A stretch of DNA of 58,283 nt, filler included, from Catajapyx aquilonaris (lineage: Eukaryota), in assembly GCA_000934665.2 (NCBI GenBank). It is 2 parts of 2 records of this genome, joined end to end, with 100 filler letters (N's around TTAATTAATTAA, not from the genome) between each part and the next. Parts side by side here need not be neighbours in the genome. Positions count along the whole stretch, not along the records: positions 1 to 29,132 come from KZ539228.1; 1 more part is not named here. One strand, 5' to 3'. A model generated the notes under the pieces. The model made no database searches and had not been told where the DNA came from. It saw only the letters and a list, made by a program, of their open reading frames with translations. Position 1 is the stretch's first letter. Each line of letters starts with the position of its first letter. This document shows, piece by piece, positions 12,201 to 24,562 of this stretch. The position numbers and the translations under genes were made by a program.

Positions 12201-15200
12201 AATTGGTAACTGGTTTCTTACCGTAAACTAGGGAATTATACTTGTTAGCCACTATCAACTAATCAATATTTGTGCAGAGAGTGAACCTCAAGTTACCCTT
12301 GACCAGTCAAACTCTTGCCTTGTCAGCACAAAGGTGGATCGTCAGGACCATATATTGTGACATTATCCACTGCACAGACTGTCAAACATTCTAGAGTAGT
12401 GGTTTCCAAACTTTGTCATGTGGAGCCCTTTTTTATAAAAATTTTGACAGCGGAGCCCTTGACATTTTTACACTTTCAATGTGGGCTTTAGGTAGGGCCT
12501 ACATGTCCCGTACTGTGTATATCGCTCAAAAATATGGATACAATTATGCATTAGGTTTAAATGCAAAGTTGTCTTTATATTTTGAGCATTGTAGTACGAT
12601 AGTGATAAACATTTGATGCAGAACAAAAAGCGTATTATTTTAATTACAATTTTTTTACACAATGTAGCACCTACTGAAATGAATGGGGTTGTTTATTTAT
12701 GCATAGTTTGGCAATGTCCAATTTTTTGGATTGCTGCAGAAAAATGTTATGTTCAGAGGCGGCTCCTGTGCTTGGTTTTAGTTGCTGCATATTGAGGATG
12801 ATAGGTCAGAAGGGCGTATGAGCCTGTAAGGGAATTTTACATGAGAGGGAAAAAGCGTTTCATTATTTCAATATTCATTATAATTTTGTAGCTTTTTTGT
12901 GCTGCACACATCTTATCTGCATTGAAACGTGTGTGTGCCTAGATATAGGCAGGAGAGCCTGATTCACTCAAATAAGTGACCAAAATGGCAAAAGGTAAAA
13001 GAAAGTTATAAATTGGCCAGCTTGGTTTAAATTTATCATCTCAATTTAGCCAAAATTCTGAACTAGATTTTGGAAGGCAATTTTCAAAGTGGTGTCTCAC
13101 GTAGACCTAATGCCTAATGAGCCATTCATATTCTGTTGATGTCAGGCAGGTTGGTTTTAGTAACAGCAAATGAATTGATCGCCCAGTCATACTCCTTTAG
13201 TGTTATCTCCTGAGCCATTGGAACAGATTTTTTGAAGGAATCACTCATTATTGCTTGCAAATGTCACTGCCACTCTCAATAAATTCAACCCAGAACCATA
13301 GGTTTTTAAACACTGTCACTTGCATCAAAAATTATTATTATCTCGGTGAAAATATCTGATAAGTATGAGAATTGCCAGAGACTTCCTTTATTAGTCAATA
13401 AGTTTGCCATTGAATGAAAGTTGTGATCCATTTGAAAAGATTTTGCTTCATTCCGTAATTACATCAAACATGTAAATGCTTTTCCTCGAGACAGACATCA
13501 TACTTCTCTGTGAAGGCACAAACACTTATGAAGACTCCCCAGTTCCTCACATCCAGGCTGAAATCCAGGCTGTTCAAAATTTCGAACAGCCTGGAATTCA
13601 GAGGCCGGGACTTTAGGTAATTTTTAATAATTTGTACAGCCTCATCCAGAACTTTTTCAAGAGAGGAAGGCATTTTTAAACCGCTAGGGCTTGCCTGTGG
13701 AGGACACAGTGACTATTGTTGCACTTCTTGGATTTTTAAATTCTGGTAATAGCTCCAGCAGTCTGGCCAGTCATTGCTTTTGGCTCAACTGTGCATACAT
13801 TGATGCAGTTGTTCCATGAAATGCCATTTGCGGTGAAAATTCGTCCAATACACTAAGAATTTAGGCACTGTTGTGTTCAAGGGCAGGTGAACAAGTGAAC
13901 AATTTTTTTGAATTTATTCAAAAATTTATTCACTTGTAAGTGACCGGTTATTCTCAATGCTTCCGCGTAGCACAGTTTGGGAACCACTGTCCTAGAGGGT
14001 GGATCATGAAAGGTAGCTTAGTAAAACAAATGAGGGATGCTCTTCCATAACGAGGCACGTGCCAAAAACAAAATTTTTCAGAGGAAGGGTTTTTCCGTTT
14101 GTTCTGACACGTTGCTTATGGACATGAAAAACTTTCGGTATTGATATTATCGGAATGGAGGCTCGTAGGACAGTCGAATATTTAGTGCAGCTGCAGGGTG
14201 GCATTGGCTGCAGGAAAACACAAAAAAAAGTGATTTCCCTCCAAAATGGCACTTGCCTCGTTATGGAAGAGCACCCATCAAATGGTAATAGTGTTTCGTT
14301 CTTAACCTTTTGTAATTTCATTCACAGTGTTCACAGTGACCGAGTGATGACGGAACTGAAGCACTCCATGCAAATGTCAGGCTCTGACTCAAATGAGTCT
14401 CCCACAAAACCGCCAGTGTCAAGTCATCACTCTCCAAGCAGTATTGCTGGGTCAACTGGGGTTTCCTCACTCACTTCCCCTGCCCCTCCACATGGTCCTG
14501 TCACAGGGGTGAATAGGGGTGGGGGAGGGAGAGGAGGTGGAATGGGCTTCAAGTTTGGGAAGGGATTAGGAAGGGGAGTAATGGTTGGAAAGATGAGGGG
14601 AGGTAAAGGAAGGGGAGTCATTGCCAACAACAGGTTTCAAGGCGGGAACTCTTCATCTTCAGGGGCCAACAAGTCTATTTGGTCCAGGTCTAGGTCCAGA
14701 TCTAGGTCTAGGTCCAGTTCCAGGTCCAGGTCCAGGAGTCCTGTTCATCGGAGAACTAGGAAGAGAACCAGGAGGTGTGTATTTTCTTCTGCGTGTATGG
14801 GGTGGTCCGCAGTATTGCAGAAATTCTGCTTGTTAGATGCTTTCCAGTCANAAACCAACATTAGACTCAGTTTCTATAAATGTCAAATAAATACCGGTTT
14901 GGGGAGTTTCATGAGTAAATTGATGTTTGGTCATCTGCAGTGGACATTGCTAATGGATTTTCTTAACTGTCAAAACTTCAGCTTGAATGCCCTAATTTAA
15001 ACATACACAGAACAGGGATAGACAAATAGAATTTTTGGATGCTCAATTTTGTCCTCCCTCGGTGCAAGGAGTTCATTGTCTGTTCACTTTCTTAAGAGCC
15101 TTTCGTAATTGTCCAGGGGGTAGTGAGGGGTAGTCAGGTGGTGAGTCCAGGTCCAGGGGGTAGTGAGGGGGTAGTCAGGTGGGGTTTGGGCGGGAGGGGA

Positions 15201-18200
15201 GGAAAAACCAGTTCTGGGGCTCAGTTTCGGGCTCAGAATCGTTTTTTCCTCCCCTCCTGACCAAACCCCTCCTGACTACCCACCCCTCACTACCCCCTGG
15301 ACATTAAATTGCGAAAGACTCGGAAGAAAGTGAACAGACAATAAACTCCTTGCACAGAGGGAGGACAAAATTGAGCATCCAAATATTCTATTTAACTACA
15401 GCACCATAATATGATTTATCATTTATAAGTAATCAGCTGCGTATTTCTTGGCAGCACTAGCAGTGACAGCTCACCCAGTGATGATGATAGCCCTCCTCCA
15501 TACCCATCCAGACGAGGTGGAAGTGGAGCCAAAGGGAATCGTGGTGGGAATCGTGGCAGCACTGGTCGATATCACTCTGGTGGTACTAATCGATCGTGGA
15601 ATTCACCTCCAGTTAGTGGCAAGCAGCAGCGTGGCAAGAAAGGTCGTGGTAAGCAGCAGCAGAGCAATGGAAAGCCAGACCGTACACCTCACATTTATTC
15701 CGAGTTTGGTAATCTTGGAGATGACGAGTCTGCCTCTGCTGAACGGCTGCAACAGCGTGCTGCTAGGTTTAGCCATGATGTATCAAATCGTAAAACCCGC
15801 CGTAAACCTACCTTTAGCATAGCAGTGCCTACTCAATTAGGCTTTACTCAGGATGATCCTTCAGAAATTGATTGGTCTTCTTACCATATTGTTGGGACGT
15901 GTCAGGATTTGGAGAAAAAGTATCTTCGATTGACCCAAGCTCCAGAACCAAGCGTAGTAAGACCAGTTGAAGTGTTGCGTCGCAGCCTGCAGATGGTGAA
16001 GGAGCAATGGGTACAAACACAGGACTATAACTTTGCATGTGATCAGCTCAAGTCCATACGCCAGGATCTGACTGTCCAAGGGGTTAGAGATGAATTTACA
16101 GTCCAGGTCAGTAACATCAGTGTTTTCTGTATGTGTCATAATTTTATTTATTTATTTAGGTGGGATGTGTTTTAGAATTTTGGTAGTGTCACATTCTTTC
16201 CCTGACTAGACTTGTGTTTAATGCAGAAAAAATTAATTTTTAAACAATGAATCACCAAACAACAACTGCTGTCATGGAATAGACATTCACATAAATTCAC
16301 ATGAAATGTTTGGATCTTACAGAGGGTTTTTTTCTGGCATTGTTGCTAGATTTATTTTCTTTGTGTCAGCATAGTTGCACCACTTAAAGCAGATTGCCAT
16401 TATGTATTCTTAATATTCTCTGGTATTAATTGCTGGGATAATTATTGTGGGATGTTAATGTGTGAATATTTGACTCTATATTTTCTTCTCCTCAGGTGTA
16501 TGAAACCCATGCTCGGGTAGCCCTTGAGAAGGGTGATCATGAGGAATTCAATCAATGTCAGTCACAGCTGAAGATGCTTTACTCGGAAGTTGTAGAGAGT
16601 GATGGTTCAGGCACCCAGAACCAGAGAGAGTTTACTGCTTATCGTATACTCTACTACATTTTCACCAAGAACACCCTTGATCTGACCACCATAATGGCCA
16701 GTTTGACTCCTGAGGACAAGTCTGATCCTTGTATTTCCCATGCTCTCCTGCTCAGGTCCGCATGGCAACTTGGCAACTACCACAAGTTCTTTCAGCTTTA
16801 CAAGGATGCACCCAAGATGGCTGGGTATCTCATGGATTGGTTCGTAGAAAGAGAGAGGAGGCAAGCACTCAAGACAATACTCAAAGCGTACGTATCATGG
16901 GTGGGTTGGGAATGGAGGAATTCCGGAGTATGTACCAGCCATATGTGCATGTTTTCCAGGGTGACAAGCAGCATTTTAACATCATTTAAATTTCAGCATT
17001 ATTGTAGACTATTGTCCCATGAATAACAGGATGGTTCAACAGAAGAGCATGGTGCAATATTAACCTATTCCACAGGTGGCGGACCAAACGGATTTTCATT
17101 TTTATGCAAATTATAATGCAAAGCTTATACGTGAATTTGTGTGTTTGGAAACCCAGGGCAGAGTGGCAGGTCCTTATTGCACCATTCCATCGACCTCTCA
17201 TATTTCAGTAGTTCAGTAGCTCAGAATTGCTTCAGATTGTATGTGTGGTTTTTTAACACTTGGGAGAAAAAGAAAACTTTGGTGACCCCAATTCTTAATT
17301 CGTGTTGGATGCATGTTGTCTGAAATGTGTTGTGGGTTTTGTGCTTCTGTGAAATTCTATACCAAAATCAAAATCAGTTTAGCGGGCATTTTTATCAAGG
17401 AGCGCCTTTTTTTGTAAAGAAGAATGTAGAGAAGTCTTATTTGAAAGGGAGCTCCTGATACTTCAGAATTAGCCAAAAAAAATTTAAAGCCCTCTCTGAT
17501 ATGTATGTTTTCCCAGTCATATTGGATATTATTTTATTAACCCTTGTCTCCTGCTCGATTCTGCACTCTTTGGATGGGGGTTTAAAAATAGCGCACTAGG
17601 TGAAAATCACTGGATCTGGCACCATTGGTTTCACTCTTGACTCGTGCACAAGAGGGGGCTGAAGTGTCCGAGACATACAAACCTGAGTTGCATCTTCAGA
17701 GAGCCATATACTGCCTCATATGCTATGCACGAGAAGGTGACGTCATCCTATTGCGACATCTAAGTGGGTTTTTTAAAGGCTGCTTCGACCCCTCGGAATA
17801 ATCCAAGCTAATATTCTATATGATTGCACCAGTCCCTCGGATGAATTTAAAAATATTTTAAAGGTCTCGTTTAAACGGAGGTAATGTGAGCCACCAGGTG
17901 CCAAAAAAAAAAAAAGCTGGCTCAGGTGGCAAGCAACCACTGCCTAGAGCTCGGAGCAGTCCACCCAGCCAATTAGGAGTGAGGCCACTTTCACGGCCGC
18001 ATTGGCGCTGGAAGAGTTCGCCTACCTTTGACAGATCGTTCTGATTTTTTCTCAGGCAGATAGTAAGTTGCAGAATTCGGGGATTTTTTTAATGGTTTTC
18101 AGCTTCACAGCCACTTACCGGGAAATATGTGGCAGGGAGCTATGTCTATTTAAATTCGTGCAGTGTTTGTTTGCAATGAACGAGACGTTTGGCCTATGAT

Positions 18201-21110
18201 GTCATGGCATTGCAAATATCACGCGGGTCGTGTAAATACTCATGAACATATAAACTACGAACATTTCCTAAGGCTATATGGTGGAAGAAATTTCCATCGG
18301 GATTATACCAATGAATTTTAAAAAATTTATTTGTTTGGTTGCATTATAATGCAACCATCACGGCCACAGTAGGCGAAGGGTTAATAAAGATTACCACAAT
18401 ATACAACAGTAGAGGTAGGGATGATTGAAAACTATGTAATGATAATTATATCCATTAAAAATGCAGGTTGACATGCTGTATCCTCATTATTGATGTGCTC
18501 AGCCTGGTACACCGCAGTAACGTAATGTGGAGAGAACACAAATACCAGATGCAGGTTCATGTAGCTTATCCTTATGTGAATATTATAGTCTTTGCTAACC
18601 TTAGAAATTGGTGGGTACTTCTTGCTGGCAGTTTGACAAAGGACATGGGACAAACTGTATGGGTATCTGTTCGATTTGCCTGAAAATGGAATGTGTTGTA
18701 CCCCAGACTGTCCTGATCAATGTTAGATGGGGACATTTCGAGGTAGGACCTACAGGGAGCGTCATAGTGACCTCTGAAGGTAATATGGGGAATATAGTAA
18801 CTACTCCCCATATTATATTAGCACGCTCCCTGTACGTCCTACCTCGAAATGTCCCTATCCAACGTTGATCAGGACGGTCTGGGCTACAACATATCCATTT
18901 CTGCATTTTGGCAAGCAGAGTACTTTTTATATCGGAGACTAGAAGGATGCCAGAAATCAAAATGAAGCTCAGTTGTTCCAAGTCTGTTTTCCTAGTTGTG
19001 AAAATATTATGTTTGAAACTTATAATTGTACCATTTTTTCAACTGACCACAGGGGTACGTGGAAGAGGAAGGAATTTTTATTTCAGTTTAACTGGGGCAA
19101 TAATTTATTTTGATTTTGTAGAATTGCATATTCACTCAAATTGAAATTGAGTGATACTTGTGATTGTGCAATGTGACAACCCTGTAAGCCTTTATGAATC
19201 TTGTATGTGTACCGAAGCAGGTTGGTGTAGGGGTTAAGGAGCCAGACTGCTAATCGGGAGGTCCTGGGATCAAATCCCGGGCCCGGCAACTCTGACCGTG
19301 GTTTTCTGTGGTTTCCCACGGTCCCTCCAGGAAAATTCCGGAGTTGTTTCCGTAATTAACAGGCCACAGCCGCTTCCTTCCATCCCTATCCCTTCCTAAA
19401 AAGCGAAGCAAAAAGTAAAAAGCAAAGAGTTCCTGACAAAAAAAAAAAAATGGGATGAACTCCCCCCCTAAGAGAGCCAATGGCTCTATCACGGGGTAAA
19501 TTATTATTATTATTATTATTAATCTTGTATGTGTGTCAGATATTTCCCCACATTACATACTGTGTGATACCAGGTTGAGTGCATAAGAAATGAGGACCCA
19601 TCACGCCAAGCTGTATTTTTATGAAGAATGTCATTATTTGGAAATTTGTGATCTTCCCTATCTCTCTGTATTGCATGTTAAATTGTAATTTTTAATTAAT
19701 AATTTAAAAATCACAATTTAACATGCAGCTTCATGCTATTTAGCATGTGAACATGAAGCTCATGAGTTTCTGTATGCTTGTGTGTGTTTTGTAAACCAAT
19801 CTAAGTTACAAATCTAATTATGATTTTCCCTAAAATTTTATTATTACCAATTTGATGCTCTGTGTATTTCAAGTTGAGAAAGTAATGCATTGAGGACACT
19901 GAGGAATATTAGTCACCCAGTGCCTCTATGTATAACAGTGATACAAGAGTAAACCTGTATTGATTGGTTGTGAAAAGGTACCACGGAAATATTTTTGAGG
20001 AGGTGGTTGTTAGTAATATTGGATGAAAAAGTGAAACTGGTTTATTTCCTGTTGAGATCTCCACTTTTGAATTTTCAGTTTAAAAGTCATAAATCTGCAT
20101 GTTTTTTACACCTGAAAATGAGTCAAACAGTGTAGGAAATTGATATTTTATTTTAATTTTAGGGCCGAGTAGATGAAGGTCAATTTTTAGGGTTGCACAT
20201 TTCTTTATTCACTAACACTCTTCGTTAACTCCCAGAAAAAATGTTATGACAATCACATACTGTTTCTAGTGTTGGTACTCCAACATAATTTGGGAAAAAT
20301 TGATATTTATTGTGATTCTTGAAGCCATCCTTAATTTTTGTAGATAATTATTTGGCTGGAGCAAGGAAGGACTTGCTCCCCAAGTAACTTCTCAAAAGTC
20401 TGACTAGAGAATACAGCTATGGCACAAAGGTGTCAATCTACATGAACAGGTTATTTAAACATTGGGATTTGACAATTTTCCGTGGATCATTCTGTTGGTG
20501 CAATCATTTATCTTCGCAGTTCTCTCGAATGAGTCAGTTCTGACTTATTCTAAAGGTCAAAAAGCTAAGAGTCCTTGTTCTGTATAAGTTTTAATTTGCT
20601 TCCAAGCAAAGTCTTCAACCATGGCTTAAGAAGCCATTCCTTTCTCAACTTTTCATACAAGAGCAGGTTATAACAATAAGGATTTGGGCTTCAGAATCTA
20701 ACTAATGAATACGTATTTATTCTCAGATGTTGAATTGTTAACGTTTTATATCTTACATCTTTCAGAAACAACAGAAGGAAGTATGATCAATACTGTCAGC
20801 TTGTTCTTATATTTTTAACTAATTGTATGCTTCTCTTTTCCTTTTTTTATATTCCTTTGTCGGCTGGTTTTGTAACCTTCCCTCCCTCTACACTTGTGTG
20901 TGCGCGGGTATTTGCATCTGTGGCTGATTCTCCAGCTACCGTCCAGGGATCCCGGTGAGTTTTGTGAAGGAGGAGCTGGCTTTTGCTCCGGACGACTTGG
21001 AGGACGATGAATGGGACAAGTTTTGTGGGCAGTTGACAGGCTTGGCATTCACCGACCCACAAGAGAGGACAGTCATTGATTGCAAGGCCACCAACATTGC
21101 TGGCCTTTGA
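6269..21110 (+). CDS. LENG8: LENG8 / Thp3-like SAC3-GANP (PCI) domain protein, ~898 aa; exons 6269-6421, 7017-7296, 9480-9909, 11727-11894, 14328-14774, 15455-16106, 16496-16887, 20936-21110
   Basis: All junctions are GT-AG and phase-compatible (total 2697 nt). Motifs: [16 protein letters not shown]...[10 protein letters not shown]-repeat region, [77 protein letters not shown], terminal [16 protein letters not shown]...IDCK. Confidence 0.93.
7912..9260. mobile_element. Large imperfect palindrome of two inverted copies of an Academ-like (XPG/Cys-finger) transposase 3' end, in LENG8 intron 2
   Basis: Left arm GCAAATCCTGTCAAAATTTTGTTGGGTTAT... is the reverse complement of right arm ...ATAACCCAACAAAATTTTGACAGGATTTGC; centre ~8590. 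Both arms encode [24 protein letters not shown]...PTSPDLWGW...W-PVW...C..C..RCCC...LPCTLAC..CKGECSN (ORFs 8187-8672 -, 8628-8996 +). Transposon-like flanking sequence probably extends left to ~7407. Confidence 0.8.
10103..10472. mobile_element. MITE with CAG termini (hAT-like) and internal GCCGCCCCTAGGC repeats
   Basis: CAGTGCCGGATTTACC ... GGTAAATCCGGCGCTG inverted termini; no clear target-site duplication. Confidence 0.55.
10687..10892. mobile_element. Near-perfect foldback MITE (~206 bp hairpin)
   Basis: TAAGGTGAAGTGGGGGAAGTGCACACACGGGG...GCTGCAC A GTGCAGC...CCCCGTGTGTGCACTTCCCCCACTTCACCTTA; the arms differ mainly by one short insertion in the left arm. Confidence 0.85.
10906..10978. repeat. 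73-nt hairpin (~35-bp stem, 3-nt loop)
   Basis: TACCTAATTTCCATTATTGGTACTCTTTGTTACCT GAG AGGTAACAAAGAGTATCAATAATGGAATTTAGGTA. Confidence 0.8.
11370..11406. repeat. Short AT-rich perfect hairpin
   Basis: CTCCTATATATACATAAT A ATTATGTATATATAGGAG. Confidence 0.7.
12397..13989 (-). mobile_element. Decayed hAT (Charlie/Buster-type) DNA transposon in LENG8 intron 4
   Basis: TIRs TAGTGGTTTCCAAACT / AGTTTGGGAACCACTG; near-identical 8-bp TSD TTCTAGAG / TCCTAGAG; broken transposase remnant [16 protein letters not shown]...[13 protein letters not shown] (13464-13673 -) typical of Buster/ZBED5-like transposases. Confidence 0.85.
14032..14279. mobile_element. MITE with 4-bp AAAT TSD (Sola-like)
   Basis: AAAT|GAGGGATGCTCTTCCATAACGAGGCACGTGCCA ... 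TGGCACTTGCCTCGTTATGGAAGAGCACCCATC|AAAT. Confidence 0.7.
15024..15393. mobile_element. Foldback MITE in LENG8 intron 5
   Basis: AAATAGAATTTTTGGATGCTCAATTTTGTCCTCCCTC ... GAGGGAGGACAAAATTGAGCATCCAAATATTCTATTT; complementarity extends through most of the element, with an internal direct duplication of GTCCAGGGGGTAGTGAGGGG. Confidence 0.8.
17541..18380. mobile_element. Non-autonomous piggyBac-like element
   Basis: TTAA|CCCTT ... AAGGG|TTAA termini (TTAA target, CCC/GGG ends); no transposase ORF. Confidence 0.6.
18684..18900. mobile_element. Foldback MITE / hairpin in the LENG8 last intron
   Basis: TGTTGTACCCCAGACTGTCCTGATCAATGTT...GGGACATTTCGAGGTAGGAC pairs with GTCCTACCTCGAAATGTCCC...AACGTTGATCAGGACGGTCTGGGCTACAACA. 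Confidence 0.8.
19212..19520 (+). mobile_element. tRNA-derived SINE (second family) with (TTA)n tail
   Basis: tRNA-like head TGGTGTAGGGGTT...GACTGCTAATC...GGGATCAAATCCC; body GGTTTTCTGTGGTTTCCC...CCAGGAAAATTCCGG...GGCCACAGCCGCTTCCTTC resembling widespread insect SINE cores; (TTA)n tail 19500-19520. Confidence 0.8.
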
Positions 21111-24100
21111 TGGGGAGGGATGATTCTTAAAAATTATTAAGGGAAACCGACTGAGTTGGCAGTGAGCATGTTTGGAAGTAGGAGGGGGAGGAGGGGCTGC
21201 CATCCCAACTGCCATCCAGCCAAGGGTGAAGGAAAATGATGTGGGCTACAAATAGGAGTGCAGAGAGGAGTCAAGGAGAAAGGGGTGTGAGAGCAGATTC
21301 TTCGCTGCCCAAGGAGCTAGGGGAAAGTCTGTTCTTCACATCAGAGCAGTTTTGATTATGATGGGAGAAATTCCTTGATGAGCCGAACGAAGTCATATCT
21401 TCCCAATTTTTAATGCAGCAGCTAACAGCGGGAAAGGGGCCCATGGGTGTCAAATTTCTGGAGCTGATGAGCATTGCCATTCTTTCTGGAGCAGATGCTG
21501 ATCCTGATGAAAAAGCCTTCCAGAAAAAGCAGATGAGCAGCCCATCTTCACATCTTTGGTATGCAGTATGAATTGGAGGGTCAGCCAGGTGGAAGTCAGC
21601 ACCAGAAGATCTCCCATCATAAATGGCATCAAGTAATTACAACACCCATTACAACTGTGCCCATTACTGTACCCTATCCAACACCACATTTTTCCTTCCC
21701 TGGTTTATTCCCTGAAGCCCAAAGTCATCACCAGTCTTCATGACTTGCACAGTCACACTTCTGAAGTAGCAGTATTCATATGCCTTGCTGGTTGTCTTCC
21801 CATATATTACCAATCAGCTTGAAGCCTGGCCTGCTACACCGTAACATCTATCATCAGTCTGGATGAGTGGGTTGGCCATCAGCCATGAAGTGCGCTGCAG
21901 AAGATGTTCTTAGTTTTTAATTAGGGTGGGAGGGGGAGGTAGGAAGGATGCTATTGGATGTCATTTGTTCCCTCAGTCCTTTTCAGGACACTAGTTTTTC
22001 TCTTTTTTGCACAAGTAGCACCATTATGTGTTGCTTCTTTTTGAAAGCTGATTTTTCCAGGGTCATCATAGTGGTGGAGACATCATAGCTCATTGTTCTT
22101 TTTTCTTTTTGCTCTCTATCCCTACCCATTGTTGGTGGCTCACATGGGGTTGTTTGTTTCTATAATTCAATTGATAGAGAGATTAAGAAATATATTAAAC
22201 ACAATTCAGGTGCAGCTGAACCCAACCTTATCCTTCCCCTTCCACCCATACAACCCCAACTGTTTCATTTCAACCAATGTTGTTCATGGACCAATTGCAT
22301 CTGGATTCTTGTGTATTTTTGAAACATTGTGCAGTCCCATTTGAGTCCCTACATTTTTGTTGGTCATATTACTTTTGTGTATATATGTGTGTGTGTGTGT
22401 GTATGCATCAGTTATTTTTAAAATTGAAGTTGCAGTTGTATTGTATGTAAATTGTGCGGTACAATGAACTAATATGTGTACATAATGCAGATGGTGATAT
22501 TCTTCCACCTCAAAATAAATTTTAAGCCTCATCACTCGCGACATATTCTGATTCTAGAGTGTGAGCTGCGAGTATGAAATGATCTTGTTGATAGAAAAAT
22601 AAATATATCCTGTATATTAATAAGCTGTGTGAAATTTTATGGCATGAAATATTGTACAGAAGTTACAGGCTAGTGATGCTAGTTAAATAAATCTGGTGTC
22701 CCAGTAAACAGTAGTTCCAGGCCAGCAAGGCAGTGTAACCTTTGTTCTTTTAACACACAATCCTACAGGAATGGATCTAATGTCACCCTCTGTGGCATTG
22801 CCTTGGGTGAGTTTCCTTCAGACTAATCACATGGGAAATACATAAAATGTCAGGTGACATAGTCGTCATCAGAAGCAGCAGCATCACCAAGAGCAGATCG
22901 CGACTAGACTCTTGTTATCAGCCACTTGGTGTGGAACTCATTGGTGGTGACAGGCTGACAGCAACTTATCAACTTAATACTACACAATTATACAGTAACT
23001 AAGCCTGAACAGACATAAACTTACCCAAAGTCCAATGCTGTACTTATAATTTATTGTTGAAAACCAATAAAGCTTGTAAGAGTAGATGCCTCGTGCAGAG
23101 GGCATTATGAGCAATCAGAAAACTGCGAATGTTGGAAAAAACTATAATCACCATAGTTGACCTTTCCACAAAATAATCCTTATTCAATCAAGTTGTTGTT
23201 GTTGTTTTTTTTAGAGAGAGAGAGAGAATCTTATTTCCTATGTACAGGGTCATTGAAAGAGAATGTTCTCCACTTTTAAAACCCTACAACACTCTAAAAC
23301 TTGTAGACATTCAATGGTTTTGAAATGCTACGAAATGTTGAGAGTTTTTGTTCACCTCAGTTTGTTTCGATGTGACATATGAGCTTCATTTGTTGCTCAG
23401 CAGATTTAAAAAGGCATTATAAATCAGTCTTGTGCCAAACCCACTATATTTCCGTTGCACAGCAGTGTCGCATGCATATACGGTAGGGATCCAGTAGCTA
23501 TATCTCAATAAAAGCAAACATAAGTGACATCCACGTCTGACAGTGAGCCTTTCCTTTATTAATTCGTTGTTTATAGTATTTATCAGTCTTTTTTTTTTTA
23601 ATCATGATGGTCCAAGTAAGATACCATATGTGAGTCAACTTGTGGGCTAATTTGAGTTGAACCAAGAGCTAATAATTGAACTTGGGAGTTCTCGTTTCCC
23701 AAACTGTAATGTTAGTAAGTATAAATACAAAATCTGTTTAGTGAATGAAGCACCGGGTATTGTAAAGGAATAACTTGCAGGAGAGTACAGCGCATATCCC
23801 TTCATATTTTCATCCCATAAGGCCCTGCCATTCCTACAGGCATCCAGCAGCCAAATTGATCCCCTAGTACGTATTTTGACAAAATATTGCAAGTGGATTT
23901 GTATTTATTTCCGCTTGCACGTTGCCAATGTTGCTGTGCTGATGTTCTCCGGCCATCCCAAGCCGGCGTGGCGGTAGCTTTGTCTTCTAGCAGGGTTCCC
24001 CAGGCCTGAAAGAAGTTCTTGTGTCCTGAATCCTGGTGAGAGTAGGCTTCTTTGGCTGATTCCAAGGAAAACCGAGTGCTGCTGCTGTGGTTGAACCTGC

Positions 24101-24562
24101 GCGCGCTCTCTGTGGCATTCGGTTGGCCGTCACAGGTCTCTTCAAGGCCAAGCAGCGAAACCGTACGTCGTGGAGTCCAATCGTCATGCCTCGCAAAGCA
24201 ATGGAAGCGAATGCATCGCACTCAAATTTTTAAAACATGTCCCTCCTCCCAGATGACGTCAGTGGCCTCCCCCAGCCCCTCCGCCCTACCCCCATCCAAA
24301 GGTGGACCACTTCTTCCGTCGTCCCCGATCCCCCGACGGCCTTGTCAGCTGCAGCAATGGGGTTGTCGCCATTGGTGTGAGTCCCCCCCACTCCCTCTCC
24401 CCCGTCACCGTCGTTGCATTGTCCCCATTCAGCCAGTCCGTCCGTCTGTCTCCATACACAATCCGTCTGCCGTTGTGTTGTTGGCTGGAGACACCTGCAG
24501 GCGATAAGAGTGGGAGGAGAGGCTGGTGAGGAGAGGGCGAGCGAAGGGACGAGAGACTGTGC

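Noticed and set aside
14155..14327. N-terminal part of the 281-aa ORF as LENG8 coding sequence
   Set aside because: It lies in a MITE and intron; the real exon starts at the acceptor at 14328. The same applies to 11425-11726.
19212..19285. Possible tRNA-Ser(GCT) gene (GACTGCTAATC anticodon loop)
   Set aside because: It lacks the long variable arm of Ser tRNAs, has a poor acceptor stem, and runs into a SINE body and (TTA)n tail, so it is a SINE head.
23802..24221. 139-aa minus-strand ORF divergent from the orphan exon
   Set aside because: Non-ATG start, no recognisable motif and no convincing splice structure; probably GC-rich promoter or UTR sequence.
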